From Camelus dromedarius (taxonomy: Eukaryota): a stretch of 64,000 nucleotides of DNA. The position numbers and the translations under genes are program-made. Location of the stretch: assembly GCF_036321535.1 (NCBI RefSeq), contig NC_087459.1, positions 31,124,001 through 31,188,000 of the forward strand, written 5' to 3'. Each line of letters begins with the position of its first letter. The stretch's first letter is position 1. This document shows positions 62,659-64,000 of this stretch, piece after piece. The notes below the pieces were generated by a model, which worked only from the letters and a program-made list of their open reading frames with translations, was not told the DNA's origin and did not search any database.

Positions 62659-64000
62659 AGAGATCAATTTTTGTGTATGAAATCAACCTTGCTTTCCTGG
62701 GGTAAACCCCACCTGGTCATGGTGTCTAATCCTTTTTCTATGTTTGCCCATATCTTGGAGATTTTACGTCTCTGCGTAAAGGATATTAGTCGGTAGTTTC
62801 CCTGTGACGTTGCTCTTTCTTTTCGTTGGCCTTCATGAATCTGTGCATCAGTTTCCCCAGCCAGTTTTTGAAAATTCTTAGCGCTCTCTTCTTCAGATTT
62901 TGCCTCTGCCCCCTTCTTGCTGCTCTGCCCTGCAGCCGTCCCCTCTCCCGCACCCAGTCCTCGTGCCTCTCAGCCCCTCACGTGTCCTCTCCCCTCTCCT
63001 TGGCTCTCTGCGCTGCGCCCCGGAAGCTGCCTTCTCACTCACATCTCAGTTCACAGACTCTCCTGCCGTGTCTGATTGCTGCACTGAAGCTGTAGTTTCC
63101 GTTCCTGTCTTTCTTCATTTTAGAAGTTCCAGCTGGTTGTTTTTCAAATCTGGTGTTATTGTTTATAATTTCCTGTTCTCTGCAGATATTCAAGGTGTGT
63201 TTTATCTCTAAACAGCCTAAGCGTCATTCTGAAGTTTGTGTATGATAATCTTCACGTCGGTGTCCCCTCTTACGAGGAAACTTTCCATCAATGTGCAGGT
63301 ACAGACAGGAGAGTGCCCGCGTTGTGAGTGTGCAGCTCAGGGAACCTTCAGGAAGTGCGTGCACCTGCGTCAGGAGAGTGGGCGCATCACCAGGGCACCG
63401 GCTGCCGCCTCCTGCCCTCCTGCTCATCAGCCCCTGACCCAGCTTCCCCGACATCTAAAGCCATAGTTTAGTTTTGGCTCTAATTAAATTTCCTGGATAC
63501 GGAATCATATGTACCTTTTCGTGGCTGGCCTTTTTTTGGGTAATTCTTGCTTCTAGAAGAGCCTGTGCATTACCGTTGCCATGCAGGAGTCCACCATGTG
63601 AATGGACCAGGTTGGTTTGGGCGTCCTGTTGTTTGGTCGGCACTTGGGTTGATCCCAGCTTGGGTCCGTTAGGAGTCCTGCTGCTGTGGACGCGTTCCTC
63701 TGCAGGTCCCGTGACGCTGCGTGCATCCCTGCTGAGTGCGCGCGGGGTGGAGGTGGCGGGCCTGGCGTGCCTGTGTTCTGAGGTAGGAGGTGCCTCCAAA
63801 CGATTGTCTCTAAGCTGCTTGGCACTGGCCACCCCACCGTGTGTAGGGGCTCTGACCGCCCCACGTCCTCTCTCACCGGGTGCGTCTGTCTTTCTCCCTC
63901 TGCCTTCTTTAACTTCTGTCAAAAGTGTTGTGTAGTTTCAGCGGAGTGATCTTGCACATCTTCTGGTAGATTTAGTCCTTAGCTGCTTTGTGTTTCTTGA

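Overview
Mammalian, GC-rich genomic DNA, almost certainly camelid: nine copies of a tRNA-Ala(AGC)-derived SINE resemble the camelid Vic-1 family, plus cetartiodactyl L1 and ERV1 repeats. It carries a known three-gene arrangement, all on the + strand and syntenic with human 7p22. (1) MMD2/PAQR10 coding exons 2-7 (4710-19497; exon 1 lies upstream of the window). (2) RADIL CpG-island promoter, non-coding exon 1 (ends 37391) and first coding exon (41731-42329, Ras-association domain); exon 3 is beyond the window. (3) The intronless testis poly(A) polymerase retrogene PAPOLB (51210-53138, 642 aa, containing a 174-N gap), nested in RADIL intron 2. The rest is old L1/L2/MIR/hAT/MaLR/ERV repeat. There is no CRISPR, rRNA or true tRNA gene, and I see no demonstrably new system. 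The best untested leads are a stop-free in-frame splice route from RADIL exon 2 into PAPOLB, a 21-nt frame-preserving RADIL microexon candidate, a still-open fossil PAPOLA C-terminus behind the PAPOLB stop, two uORFs in the PAPOLB leader, PAPOLB sitting inside an ancient L1, a MER3-born 46-bp hairpin VNTR, and a cryptic 28-bp array hit by three LTRs. Comparisons to human proteins and repeat consensus sequences are from memory, not from database searches.
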